64,000 bases of DNA from a virus (taxonomy: Duplodnaviria; Caudoviricetes): positions 466 to 64,465 of the IMG/VR virus record IMGVR_UViG_3300050821_003608; one strand, written 5' to 3'. The position numbers and the translations under genes are program-made. The notes under the pieces are model-generated. The model was not told where the DNA came from and searched no databases. It was given only the letters and a program-made list of their open reading frames with translations. Shown in pieces: positions 9,706 to 19,250 of the stretch (within the stretch, counting starts at the first letter, position 1; each line of letters begins with the position of its first letter).

Positions 9706-10371
9706 TTAGATTCGGCTGAAGGGGTTGCGCTGGAGCAGCACAGCGGTAATCGTTGAGAGGACCGGGATGACGATGGCAGTGCCAGCGAAGGCTCCCGCGT
9801 AGGAGAACGGGATGGTCGCAGTGACCACGTTCACGCCTACGTCGAAGGTCGAGGCGACAGCGGCGGAGATTTTGACGCTGACAGGGTTGCCGACAGCAGC
9901 CGCAGTGATGGCCGAGTCGAACAGGCAGGAGGCCACGCCGCCAATTTGAATCCAGCCGAAGTTGCCCTTGGTGATGGCGTTGATGAATACGCCGGCGAAG
10001 AGAGTCGGGATGGCGGTGGTGGGCTGCGCGTCGGAGGTTACTTGGTACAGGTTCGACGCCGCGGGTGGAAGGTCGGCGGCACGGAAGAACGCAGCGGTGC
10101 CGCGAGCGGGCGCGGCGGCGGCCGAGGACAGAGTGCCGACGTACATGTAGATGCCGCCGAAGAGGGTGCCGGTGTTCACCGTGTCCGACAGCGCGAGCGC
10201 AGTAGCGTCGTCGAGGCAGATACGATCGCCCGCGATGGTCTGGCTGACCTGCGGGGACGGCGCGCCAGCCGGGACCGAGACGATGACCCCGCCCGCAGCG
10301 GCGTCGTTGACCGTGTTGAGGAACTTCGCGGTCTGGAACTCGGCTTGTTTCGTTAGCATTCCTGATGCCAT
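9706..10371 (-). CDS. Putative capsid decoration/cement protein
   Basis: Directly after the major capsid gene; AAGGAG RBS; motif ITKGNFGWIQIGG typical of decoration proteins. Confidence 0.65.
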   Translation of the reverse strand: MASGMLTKQAEFQTAKFLNTVNDAAAGGVIVSVPAGAPSPQVSQTIAGDRICLDDATALALSDTVNTGTLFGGIYMYVGTLSSAAAAPARGTAAFFRAADLPPAASNLYQVTSDAQPTTAIPTLFAGVFINAITKGNFGWIQIGGVASCLFDSAITAAAVGNPVSVKISAAVASTFDVGVNVVTATIPFSYAGAFAGTAIVIPVLSTITAVLLQRNPFSRI

Positions 10372-10383
10372 GGTCGATTCTCC

Positions 10384-11526
10384 TTAGAAGCCCGAGCCGT
10401 AGATTTGCGAGTTGTCGCGGGGCGACGTGGTGTAAGCGTTCAGCGCGGCCTTGAGGAACATGACCACGAGGTCCGGGTTGTTGGCCGAGCGGATCGGCGG
10501 GGTGAAGTTGAAGTTGTACTCGGGGTCCACGGACGGTCGGAGCTTCCAGCCCTTCGCGCGCAGCCAGAAGAACGGCTCGCCGGGGTTGATGGTCACAGCG
10601 GAGGGAAGGTTCGAGATTTTGCGCTGCGCGGCCGTTAGAGTCGCGGAGGTGAAGGTCGAGGGGAGGAGCGTCGTGGTTTGCGATAGACCAGACGGGAGGA
10701 TGGTCCCGTACTTGGTCGAGGGCGCCAGCTTGTCCTCGAAGATCATGGCGTCGAGTAGTTTCAGGCCGGACATGCCGATGGATACGTCGGTCTGAGTCTC
10801 GAAGCGTTGTTTGGGTTCCTGCCGTTCGAGCAGGTAGGCGTAGAGAGCCTTGTTGCACAGGCCGATGTCCGGGCGCTGCACGCAGTTGAGATAGGCTTCG
10901 ACCAAGATTTTGTAGGTGATTTGCCCGGTGTTCCCGGCTTGGTCGCCCGCCCAGATGGGCACGGAGTTGAGCACGTTGCCGACCACGCCGTTGCGGAGCT
11001 GCCCGCCGTAGGTAGTGAAGACGTTGCCGTCCCAAGAGTTGTTGATGCCGTCGTTCAGGGCCTCGCTGATGCCGTTGAGAAAGAGGATACGGTTGGATCC
11101 AGAGATGTTCTGGCCATGACGGTAGAAGTCGATGGCGAGGTCGGTGTTGAGCGCCTGGACCGCGTTGGTCATGTAGGCGTCAACCTCTTTGATTTTGACG
11201 GCCGGACCCGCCGCCTGGATGACGTTGGTGCGGAACAGGTTCAGAGGCACGTCTTCCTTGTACGCCTTGGGCACGAAGGCAGTCGAAGCGATGATTTGCT
11301 TCTGTTGCACCTGCACGTCCGAGCCCGGAGCGTAGGCGCCACCGTTCACGCGGTCGTACTGGAACGGAGTCTGCATGAGCGTCCCGCCGAGGAAGTCGTC
11401 GAGGGCACCGCTGACGCGGAGCTTGCGCAGCCATGCGGAGTCGACGAAGAAACAATCGTAGAGCACGTCGTCGCGGAGGTCAGCCAACGTGGTTGAGCTG
11501 AGTTGGTCAAATACTGGATCTGCCAT
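10384..11526 (-). CDS. Major capsid protein (HK97 fold)
   Basis: 380 aa, strong codon bias, RBS CAGGAG, follows the scaffold. Sequence pattern (D.LYD...WL.KL..GG....PF.Y; LNGISEAL..G..YGG.R) resembles podovirus-type capsids. Confidence 0.85.
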   Translation of the reverse strand: MADPVFDQLSSTTLADLRDDVLYDCFFVDSAWLRKLRVSGALDDFLGGTLMQTPFQYDRVNGGAYAPGSDVQVQQKQIIASTAFVPKAYKEDVPLNLFRTNVIQAAGPAVKIKEVDAYMTNAVQALNTDLAIDFYRHGQNISGSNRILFLNGISEALNDGINNSWDGNVFTTYGGQLRNGVVGNVLNSVPIWAGDQAGNTGQITYKILVEAYLNCVQRPDIGLCNKALYAYLLERQEPKQRFETQTDVSIGMSGLKLLDAMIFEDKLAPSTKYGTILPSGLSQTTTLLPSTFTSATLTAAQRKISNLPSAVTINPGEPFFWLRAKGWKLRPSVDPEYNFNFTPPIRSANNPDLVVMFLKAALNAYTTSPRDNSQIYGSGF

Positions 11527-11561
11527 CGCTGTTCTCCTGTCCTACCTCGAAAACGAAATCG

Positions 11562-12413
11562 TTAGTTCGCTCGCCCACCCGACTCGCGGGAGTAGTGCCG
11601 CTGGATCGCGCGCTGCACCCGGTCGTTCGAGCCGGACTCGCCGTCGAGCCCCACTTCCCACGGCTGCTTGTCGCGGCCGGTTTCCTTGCGGAAGGTGAAT
11701 GGGGAGGACGAGGGCTGAAGCGGACGGGTCTCGGGATTGCCATACTGCGAGGCCATCTCGGCGCGCACACGGTCGGCCTCTTCCTTGCGGATTTTGTTGT
11801 CGCGCTCGTCCTGGATGCGCTTGGCAGCGGAGTCGCGGGCTTCCTGGACCTTGAACTCGTCCATCCAGAGCTGCTTCACGGGGATCTTGCGCTCGACTGC
11901 GCGGGAATAGAGGGACTCGAAGTCGAGCGGACGGTCGGGGAAGAGTCGCGCGTGCTCGTTCAGGATAGAAGCGGTGACTGCGATGGCCTGACCTTCCGAT
12001 CGTGCGATGGCGTTGATTTCCTCGCGCGTGTAATACTTCGAGGCGTCCAGAGAGGGAGTCGGAGGAGGGGTGTTCTGTGGGGGATTGTTCGGAGGATTGT
12101 CGAAGTTGTAGCCGAGGTCCTTGGCCACGTCCACCATCCCGCGTTCGTGGGCGGTACGCAAGGCCGCGACCGCACGAGCCTCGTTCGCCTTGGCGGCGAT
12201 GATTTCGTTGTCAAGACGGGCGCGGCGTTCCTTCTCGGTCTCGTAATAGTTGTTCACCTGGTCTTGGAACGTAGCCGCGGTTTCCTTGAACTTGTTGAAG
12301 TCGGTCTCGACCGTCTGCATCCTCTCGAACGCCTTGCGTCCGACGGAAGTGTCGAGGATTTTGATGTCCTCGTCCGATGCGCCCTGAGACTTCAGCCACT
12401 CTGCGTAAGTCAT
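11562..12413 (-). CDS. Capsid scaffolding protein
   Basis: Charged coiled-coil protein immediately upstream of the capsid gene; AAGGAG RBS. Confidence 0.65.
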   Translation of the reverse strand: MTYAEWLKSQGASDEDIKILDTSVGRKAFERMQTVETDFNKFKETAATFQDQVNNYYETEKERRARLDNEIIAAKANEARAVAALRTAHERGMVDVAKDLGYNFDNPPNNPPQNTPPPTPSLDASKYYTREEINAIARSEGQAIAVTASILNEHARLFPDRPLDFESLYSRAVERKIPVKQLWMDEFKVQEARDSAAKRIQDERDNKIRKEEADRVRAEMASQYGNPETRPLQPSSSPFTFRKETGRDKQPWEVGLDGESGSNDRVQRAIQRHYSRESGGRAN

Positions 12414-12424
12414 CGTCTACTCCT

Positions 12425-12724
12425 TCACCCGCCCGTTGGCGGCGCTTGCGGTTCGCCGGGTGTCTGTGACTCCATCATTCCGGCGAGAACTTCCCGCATC
12501 AAATCGTTTATCTGTCCCACCTGCGGCGCGACCTTCGGATGCGCCTTGGCTATCCCTCGTAGCTTGTTCACGATCTCGATTACGTCCTGTGTCCCTTGCT
12601 GCATCGCGGGAGATGGCTGCGCGGGCGAGGGAGAGGCCGCCGTAGGGGATGAGGGAGTCTGCGGCGGTGGGGCAGAGTCGCCCATCTGAGGCGGAGGTGT
12701 GAGCGCGTTGGAAGGTGAGGCCAT
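12425..12724 (-). CDS. Pro/Gln-rich small head-module protein
   Basis: 99-aa ORF with a helical hairpin between portal and scaffold. Confidence 0.6.
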   Translation of the reverse strand: MASPSNALTPPPQMGDSAPPPQTPSSPTAASPSPAQPSPAMQQGTQDVIEIVNKLRGIAKAHPKVAPQVGQINDLMREVLAGMMESQTPGEPQAPPTGG

Positions 12725-12738
12725 TCATCTCTCAGAGG

Positions 12739-12900
12739 TCAAACTTTCTTATGCGCTTGCTTCGACGCTTTCTTGAAGGTCGAGTTGGTGAGATTCTCGG
12801 GGCGCATGTCGCCGGCGAGACGGAGCTTGCGATGCGAGCCGCCCAGCTTCGCGAGGTTGCCGACGAATCCACCGCGCTTGCCCTTCTTGCCGTACGCCAT
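12739..12900 (-). CDS. Small basic protein (53 aa, MAYGKKGKRGG...KKASKQAHKKV)
   Basis: Manual translation; AAGGAG 7 nt before ATG. Confidence 0.7.
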   Translation of the reverse strand: MAYGKKGKRGGFVGNLAKLGGSHRKLRLAGDMRPENLTNSTFKKASKQAHKKV

Positions 12901-13046
12901 CGTGGTTCTCCTTTGCTTCTACTTCTACTTGGGACTCGGGAATTGGTAGGGGTGGACTGCCTTCTCATGCCGCCACCCCCGCCTCGGTTTACCCTGCTCG
13001 GGGACCATCCTCGGACGAGGATGCTCGTTTCCGGGCGAGGGAGGGC

Positions 13047-13109
13047 TTAGCGTTTCTTGCCGCCCTTGTGCCGACGCTTGGAAGCGTTGAAGCGATCGTT
13101 GGTCAACAT
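13047..13109 (-). CDS. 20-aa basic peptide MLTNDRFNASKRRHKGGKKR
   Basis: Strong RBS AAAGGAG about 10 nt before ATG. Confidence 0.55.
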   Translation of the reverse strand: MLTNDRFNASKRRHKGGKKR

Positions 13110-13134
13110 TTCAGTAGGTCTCCTTTCTCAGAAT

Positions 13135-13191
13135 AAAAAAAAAGCCCGCGACTTGAGAGAGTGAGGGAAGTCACTCTGCTGAGTCACGGGC
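13135..13191 (-). terminator. Intrinsic terminator-like long hairpin with U9 tail
   Basis: Minus strand GCCCGTGACT...GAGTGA-CTTCCC-TCACTC...AGTCGCGGGC followed by TTTTTTTTT. Confidence 0.75.
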
Positions 13192-13271
13192 CTTGGGTTG
13201 TCCATCCACACAGGACGGAGACTTCAGGATGCCGTTACGGTTGATAGTAGGCTACACGCTCAAACAGCTTG

Positions 13272-13475
13272 TCAAGGGGAAACTTCAAGTTTTTGCTGTT
13301 CGATGATTCTGACGTTCCTGACGCCCCCTAGATTGCAGTCGAGGATGACCTGTCCCGAGAGGCGTTCTTCGAGGATTAGCTGCATCACGCGCGCAAAGTC
13401 GGACGGCAGGAAGGTACGCTCGCGCACGACAGTTGTGCCTTCGCGGGAGACCAAGATGTCCGACGTTGCGCTCAC
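13272..13475 (-). CDS. Hypothetical protein
   Basis: 67 aa, overlaps the portal stop. Confidence 0.55.
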   Translation of the reverse strand: MSATSDILVSREGTTVVRERTFLPSDFARVMQLILEERLSGQVILDCNLGGVRNVRIIEQQKLEVSP

Positions 13476-15547
13476 TTACTCTCACTCACCGTACTGCGCG
13501 CTCCGCCCTCTTTGGACTTGATGGACGGTGGCGCGTTGCCCGATGGAGGACGACCTTCGGGTGCGCCCCCTCCCGGCTTGGGTGCTCCCGGAGGCGCGCC
13601 GAGGCCGAGGCCCTCGCCGAGTTCCTTCATGCGGGCCATGAACTCTAGTTCTTGTTCCTTCTCCGCTTTGAATCGCTCGATGACCGTGTTGCCGGGGATC
13701 TTCCCATAGTCGGGAATGTTCCACGGCTCGGCCACGGTCTGAGAGTCCATCATCACTCCGGCCTTCTTGAGCTGGATGAGTCCGAGCTTATGCACGGTCT
13801 GAGTGATTTCGTGCAGCGAGTTGGGCATGATGAAGAAGCGCAGGTTGTCGGCGAAGATACGGGCGCGCTGGGCCGAAGTATGCGAGGACGGGCCGGAGTC
13901 GGGGGACTCACCGGGCAAGTGCGATGGAATGAGCGAGGACGGGTCGTAGTCGAAGACTTGCGGCACGATGCCGTCCGGGCCGACGTACTGCATTACGCGG
14001 GGCGTGGAGTAGTATTGGAGGATGAGATATTTCACCATGTTGCCGAGGTCGCGCATGGGCGGTTCCATCGAACGGGAGATGTCCTCGATGATGGGGCCGA
14101 CTTTCTCCATGATAGTTTCGATGTCGTCCATCGCGCCGGAGGAGCGGAGTTTGGCGAGTGCGGCCGCTTCTGAGACGCCGAGTTGATGGTCGAGCATGTT
14201 CTGGAGCGCATCGACGAAGGCCATGGACGACTTGTCGATTTCGAGTACCTTCGGGTCCACGCCGAGTTGGAAGGGATTGCCCTCGGTCGCCGAGCCGTCG
14301 AAGCCCACGCGGCCTTTCGGCAGGTACGGGTCGTAGCGGCGGGCTTCTGAGAGCGAGACGGCGTTGGTGTCGTAGGCGAGAGACGGGTCGAGTTGCGCGC
14401 GAACCTTGTCCATGTTGCCGCGGACGATGGTTTTGATGGCCTCGTTCAGTTCATAGCCGTCGTGGACGAGCGAGAAGCCCAGAGGCTCCCACGGCCACTC
14501 GTCGACCGAGAACGACACTCCTGGCATCATGCCGTGCCAGTCGAAGCCGGGGCCGTCGTAGGTGATGCAGTTGTCGGAGGAGATGATGAGCCGGCGGTAC
14601 GGGTACAGTCTGGCGTCGTTCTCGTCGGCCTTGCGGTAGGCCATTTGACCGGACTTGGTGTCGATGCCGACCGGGATGTCCATCCCGACGGAAGGAACGT
14701 CGTAGGCCCAAGACGAGCCGGGTTCGCCCATGGGGATTTTCCGCCCTGTTTTGTTGATGGTCAGGTCGATGATGTAAGAGTAGCGAATGGGCACGAGGAG
14801 ATCGGATAGAGGAGTGTCCTTGGTGGTGCGCGTCTTGCCGAAGGCGCGGGACAGCCAGTTTCCTTGCGCGGCTTTGCGGGTGAGTTCGGACGAGTACCAG
14901 TAGCGCGAGGAGGTTGGACGTAGGCGGGCTTGGAAAGTCGGGAACATTCCATGTGCCATCGCCACAGGCATCTCGTCGAGGAACGTGACGGTGTAGGCCG
15001 ACTGCCAATCGTTCGAGGACGGGAGTTGCACAGGGAGCACGGATGGAGAGCCGTAGGTGAGGAGCTTGATGTCCCCGCGTCCGGTACCGTACATGTCCCG
15101 GCGATAGACCGGACGAATCCAGCCGCGGCAGGTCGCAGCGGCCCACTGGAGAGCGGATTTCACCGCGCGATCCGCGAAGGATTCGAGGTACCACGCGCGA
15201 GTGACGTTGTTCATCATCTGTGCTTGGTCTTTGAACGCAGAGTTGTCGGAGTGATAGCCCCACATCGGGCGCAGCTTGGCGAGAGCGCCGATGACTTCGC
15301 GCATGTTGCGTTTCAGACGATTGGGCGAGAGTTTGGAACGGTAGTCCGCACCAGGGGAAGTGGCGGTGTCGGCGCCGGAGATCGTATCCAACGCTTTATG
15401 AAAGTCCCTCGCTCCTCGTTGCGACTTGACCCACGCTTGGCCTTCCTCGACGGCTTCGTTGAGCCAGCCAAGGCGCTTGGACTCTTCGGTGGCCTCTGCT
15501 GGGACCTGCCATTCACGATACGATGGAGTTGTCTGGTCGTCGGCCAT
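13472..15547 (-). CDS. Portal protein
   Basis: 691 aa between terminase and scaffold/capsid; NRLKRNMRE, helical and beta segments and Pro/Gly-rich tail like P22-type portals. Confidence 0.8.
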   Translation of the reverse strand: MADDQTTPSYREWQVPAEATEESKRLGWLNEAVEEGQAWVKSQRGARDFHKALDTISGADTATSPGADYRSKLSPNRLKRNMREVIGALAKLRPMWGYHSDNSAFKDQAQMMNNVTRAWYLESFADRAVKSALQWAAATCRGWIRPVYRRDMYGTGRGDIKLLTYGSPSVLPVQLPSSNDWQSAYTVTFLDEMPVAMAHGMFPTFQARLRPTSSRYWYSSELTRKAAQGNWLSRAFGKTRTTKDTPLSDLLVPIRYSYIIDLTINKTGRKIPMGEPGSSWAYDVPSVGMDIPVGIDTKSGQMAYRKADENDARLYPYRRLIISSDNCITYDGPGFDWHGMMPGVSFSVDEWPWEPLGFSLVHDGYELNEAIKTIVRGNMDKVRAQLDPSLAYDTNAVSLSEARRYDPYLPKGRVGFDGSATEGNPFQLGVDPKVLEIDKSSMAFVDALQNMLDHQLGVSEAAALAKLRSSGAMDDIETIMEKVGPIIEDISRSMEPPMRDLGNMVKYLILQYYSTPRVMQYVGPDGIVPQVFDYDPSSLIPSHLPGESPDSGPSSHTSAQRARIFADNLRFFIMPNSLHEITQTVHKLGLIQLKKAGVMMDSQTVAEPWNIPDYGKIPGNTVIERFKAEKEQELEFMARMKELGEGLGLGAPPGAPKPGGGAPEGRPPSGNAPPSIKSKEGGARSTVSESK

Positions 15548-15555
15548 CTAGTCTC

Positions 15556-15858
15556 CTACGTCTCGGGCGGAAAGTCTCCGCCAGTGTAGCCTATCAGCTT
15601 GAGATGAACGTGCCAGTTACATCCGTGTGGGTTGTGCACGGTCTGTCCCTTCCACTGGAAGGGTTGATTGGAGTCGAAGAACGAAGCGGTAACAGTTCCG
15701 TCCGCATGAACGAAGTGGTTCGCAAGTCCAATGTAGGCTCCACAGTTACAACGGATAATGGGACGGAGAGGTTTGCCGTCGATGTCGGATACGGCCAGCC
15801 ATCCCGGTTTCACCTTCTCCGCGTCATCGTGGTTGACTTGTGGGATTTCGGTCCACAT
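15556..15858 (-). CDS. Small Cys/His metal-binding protein (DUF6527-like)
   Basis: IRCNCG...H...GTVTASF...CNWHVHL. Confidence 0.5.
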   Translation of the reverse strand: MWTEIPQVNHDDAEKVKPGWLAVSDIDGKPLRPIIRCNCGAYIGLANHFVHADGTVTASFFDSNQPFQWKGQTVHNPHGCNWHVHLKLIGYTGGDFPPET

Positions 15859-15861
15859 GGT

Positions 15862-16314
15862 TTAGGTTTTCACATTGATGCGGTCAGGATGAAACTCTTC
15901 TGAATCGACAGGCCGGGAGCCGGAGTCGTTCTCCCGCGCCCAGAGGTAGGCGGTGCGCTCCAGCCAGCGTTGCTGGTAGACGGCTCGCTTGTCGTTGCGA
16001 AGCTGGAGGTAGAGCCGGATGAACTCGCGCTCGAACTCGGAGGTCGCCGAAGAGGTCATGCGCGCGTAGAGTCGGTCGCGCACCTCGTCCATTCGCGCCC
16101 CGAACGTCGCTGCATCGCGTTGGACTTCGCGTTCCCACTCGCGCTTCTCTTGCGCGACGAGAGTAGCCTGGAGTCGGTCCACGGCGGCGAGAGTGTCGGC
16201 GTACTCGCGGATAGCGCCCTCGGGGGTAGGGAAGTCCGAGTACGGGGCGAGAGTTAAATGGTCGTCCGGGTGGCGGAAGTAGATGACGGGTTCGATGCAG
16301 CCGGGCTTTCTCAT
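15862..16314 (-). CDS. Hypothetical protein
   Basis: 150 aa, ATGA overlap with the terminase stop. Confidence 0.65.
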   Translation of the reverse strand: MRKPGCIEPVIYFRHPDDHLTLAPYSDFPTPEGAIREYADTLAAVDRLQATLVAQEKREWEREVQRDAATFGARMDEVRDRLYARMTSSATSEFEREFIRLYLQLRNDKRAVYQQRWLERTAYLWARENDSGSRPVDSEEFHPDRINVKT

Positions 16315-19250
16315 CGCGACAACCTTTCTAGCATCCCCTCGTTGTAAAGTAAATCTTCAATTGACGACGTGGTGCGGTGCATCGGATGGTCCGGGTTGAC
16401 GAGGAGGCCGGACGGGGACGGGCCGAGGTTCAAGGGCGGGAGCGCGGAGGATTCGACGAAGCGTTTCTTCGAGCGATCCGCGAGTTGATCCATGTCGTGT
16501 GGGCAGAAGATGGCCATGGCGGAGGCGAAGATACGGTCGTCGTGGGAGTCGTCGGCGTGCTCCAGCTTCTCCTTGCCCGAGGAGGTGACGTGCACCTCGA
16601 ACTCCTTCATCTCGTTGATGAGCCAGGGACTATTTATCTCCGCCCAGCCGTTCTGCGCCGCATGCACGAAGTTGCCGGTCAGCATCGCGCGGGTGTAGGA
16701 GAAGGTGAACCAGCCTCGCTTGCCGCCGGTTTTTTTCTGGCGGATGATGCGCTTAACGGAAGAGTCGTAGCGGGCCATCTTGTGAAAGTTGGTGTAGCCC
16801 ATGCGCGCGAGCTGGAGCTGGCAGGTGTCGCCGACGGCCGCGACCTGCTCGATGCTGAGATAGGGCTCCTTCCAGCGGGTCTGGCCGATGGCCATGTGCG
16901 TTTTGTAGTAGGCGGAGATCGCGAGGACGAAGGCGAAGGCTTCGACGTGGTTCACGCGGGACGAGGAGAACTCGGCGACTTGGATGTCGGGGTCGCCCTT
17001 CTTGCCACAGGTCCATACCGAGATGACTGTGGAGTCTTGTCCCTTGCCCTCGGAAGTGTCGACACCGATAGAGTAGCTGACGCCGGGCTCGGGATGATGG
17101 AAGATGAGCAGGATACCATCCACGTCCTCGGCCTGGTCCTCGCGGAGCGATTCGTCGCGGAGCGGGATGAACTCCCAGCGGAAGGTCTCCTGCTTATTGG
17201 AAGTGAAGCGGACGGGGATGCGCTCGCGAGAGTAGTCGTAGAACTCGGCAGCCACCTCGTGAGATTCCTCGATAGATTGTCCAGTGATTGTATAGCACTC
17301 GAAAGTCTTCTTCCTTCGCACCCTAATCTGGTCGATGGTGTCATGTCCGAATACTGACTCTGAAGAACGCTGGAGAGCCTCTTCGTCGTCGCCAGCCATC
17401 TCTTGTAGGAATACACCTTCGATGTTCTTGGCCTTGGCTTGTTCGTGCTCGACCTCCCAGAACCACTGCTGCGCACGGGGCATCTTGTAGTCCACGCCGA
17501 GGTGCCTCGACAATAACTTATCGGAATGTACGTAGAGTTCCGCCTTGGCCACATGTGTCCGGGTGTTGCGGTTCGGGCGCCAGTCGGAAGGGATGGGCCG
17601 CATCCGCAACCATGTGGAGGTCGGGTAGATGTCGGTGCCACAGAACCAAGGAAGGAAGAGTGGGCAGAGACGCGAGCGACGATGGACCCAGTTGGCCTTG
17701 GCGTGGCGGTAGGTGTCTGGCCACCAGCCTTTGTCTCCCTCGCCCGTCGATTCGAGGATGCCGAAGACGGACGGGGATGCGTGGACCGCTTTGAAGAGAG
17801 AGGCTTCGATCTGATTCACGGGGTCGGTGAAGGATGCACATTCAGAGAGATGATAGATGGTCGGAGTCGTGCCGCGCGCGATGCCAGAAGTTTGCGCGCC
17901 GTGTTGGAAGCTGACCCCTGATGCGGTGTGGCCGAAGACTAGCATCCCGCGATCGGACTCGACGCGCCGGGTCCACGACGGACGGAGCCAGATGGGCATC
18001 ATGTCGTAGGCCAGGAACAGCATGTTGGCCATGAGGGAGGTCTTGGTCTGGTCCGCGGAACCGATGACCGCGTTGACGCCGTGGGCGAAGATGATGCGGA
18101 GAGCGATGAGGAGTTCGACGAGCGTGGACATGCCGAGCTGCCGCGCCTTGAGAATCATTATCTCGATAGAGGCCCGCATCTCTTCAAGGTCGCAGATGAT
18201 GTCGAACAGGAGACGCTGCGGGATGCGGAAGCGGAATCGTTGGATGATGTTCTCTTCGTTTTTGATAAAGCAGTTCTTGCTCGCGTAACCCCACGCCACA
18301 TAATTCCCCGTCTCGGTTTGCATGGAAACTACTTCACCCTCGCCATCTGGTTCCACTGAGACAATCGAATCCTTATCTCCCTTCAAGGTAGAATGCTGAC
18401 TGAAGATATAACGCTCCAAACTCTCAAAGCGTATGGGCCGACACCAAGCCAGAAATCTTGCCATTTCTGCGGCTCCACCGTTTATGGATATAACTTTTCC
18501 ATTCTTCATCACTCCCGCATGGAAGCCCAAAACACGTAGAGTTTCCGCAATATGAGCATGAACTTTAGGGTTATGTATCTTATCTTGTGCTATATAATGG
18601 CGACTACCTTCTCCATCGTAGAGTCCCCCCAACCATGCTGCTCGCTGTGGATGAGATGGCTCGTTGGAATAAACATTCACTAAGCGACGAAGATTCCACC
18701 CCACACGCGCACGAATCCATGGCCTCTTTGATCTATCGTAATTCCCAGAAGACCAGAGATGGTCAGGGGTGCAGCGAATCACTCGACCCGAAGCTAAAGT
18801 AACTCTTACAATCGGAGCAATGCGCCTAGAAATAGCTAAAACCTTAGACCGTTTCCAACTTTCCCTAAGTGTACCCCTCCATGCTCCTTGACTAGAGCGA
18901 AGAACGCGTTCCCACCCCATGACAATATCTCCGACTTGCACCTCTCCGATTGGCTTGAATGTGAAGTCTCCCATCCAAATAGGAGCTTCGGGAGGATTAC
19001 AGTAGCGGGTCAGCGCGTAGGCCGCGTCGCACATGCACAGAACTTGTTCGTTGAGCATCCATTGTTGGTTGGAAGGAGAGAGGTTCTGGGTCGAGGCGGG
19101 GCGACCGGTGTCGTCGAGGAGGTATTTCCCTTCGCGATGGAGACGGGACTCGAAGGCGTCGACTTCCTCGACGGATTTGTAATCGACAGTGAAGCCAAAC
19201 TCGTCGCGGGCGAGCTGGAGGCGTTCTTCGACGATGGAAGCTGCGTACAC
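16311..19250 (-). CDS. terL: Terminase large subunit with intein
   Basis: Walker A LKARQLGMST, Walker B YHLSE, coupling motif LESTG, nuclease motifs IGVDTSEG and HDDRIFA. Confidence 0.92.
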   Translation of the reverse strand: MYAASIVEERLQLARDEFGFTVDYKSVEEVDAFESRLHREGKYLLDDTGRPASTQNLSPSNQQWMLNEQVLCMCDAAYALTRYCNPPEAPIWMGDFTFKPIGEVQVGDIVMGWERVLRSSQGAWRGTLRESWKRSKVLAISRRIAPIVRVTLASGRVIRCTPDHLWSSGNYDRSKRPWIRARVGWNLRRLVNVYSNEPSHPQRAAWLGGLYDGEGSRHYIAQDKIHNPKVHAHIAETLRVLGFHAGVMKNGKVISINGGAAEMARFLAWCRPIRFESLERYIFSQHSTLKGDKDSIVSVEPDGEGEVVSMQTETGNYVAWGYASKNCFIKNEENIIQRFRFRIPQRLLFDIICDLEEMRASIEIMILKARQLGMSTLVELLIALRIIFAHGVNAVIGSADQTKTSLMANMLFLAYDMMPIWLRPSWTRRVESDRGMLVFGHTASGVSFQHGAQTSGIARGTTPTIYHLSECASFTDPVNQIEASLFKAVHASPSVFGILESTGEGDKGWWPDTYRHAKANWVHRRSRLCPLFLPWFCGTDIYPTSTWLRMRPIPSDWRPNRNTRTHVAKAELYVHSDKLLSRHLGVDYKMPRAQQWFWEVEHEQAKAKNIEGVFLQEMAGDDEEALQRSSESVFGHDTIDQIRVRRKKTFECYTITGQSIEESHEVAAEFYDYSRERIPVRFTSNKQETFRWEFIPLRDESLREDQAEDVDGILLIFHHPEPGVSYSIGVDTSEGKGQDSTVISVWTCGKKGDPDIQVAEFSSSRVNHVEAFAFVLAISAYYKTHMAIGQTRWKEPYLSIEQVAAVGDTCQLQLARMGYTNFHKMARYDSSVKRIIRQKKTGGKRGWFTFSYTRAMLTGNFVHAAQNGWAEINSPWLINEMKEFEVHVTSSGKEKLEHADDSHDDRIFASAMAIFCPHDMDQLADRSKKRFVESSALPPLNLGPSPSGLLVNPDHPMHRTTSSIEDLLYNEGMLERLSR
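18273..19001 (-). mobile_element. Intein (243 aa) with LAGLIDADG-like endonuclease region
   Basis: Starts C-NPPEAPI, block B IRCTPDHLW, WLGGLYDGEG, ends TETGNYVAWGYASKN followed by +1 Cys. Visibly lower GC than the flanks. Confidence 0.9.

Noticed and set aside
12732-13109. Possible read-through fusing the 20-aa peptide to the in-frame 78-aa ORF
   Set aside because: The stop is TAA, the product looks non-protein-like and it overlaps a better ORF (12739-12900) that has a strong RBS.
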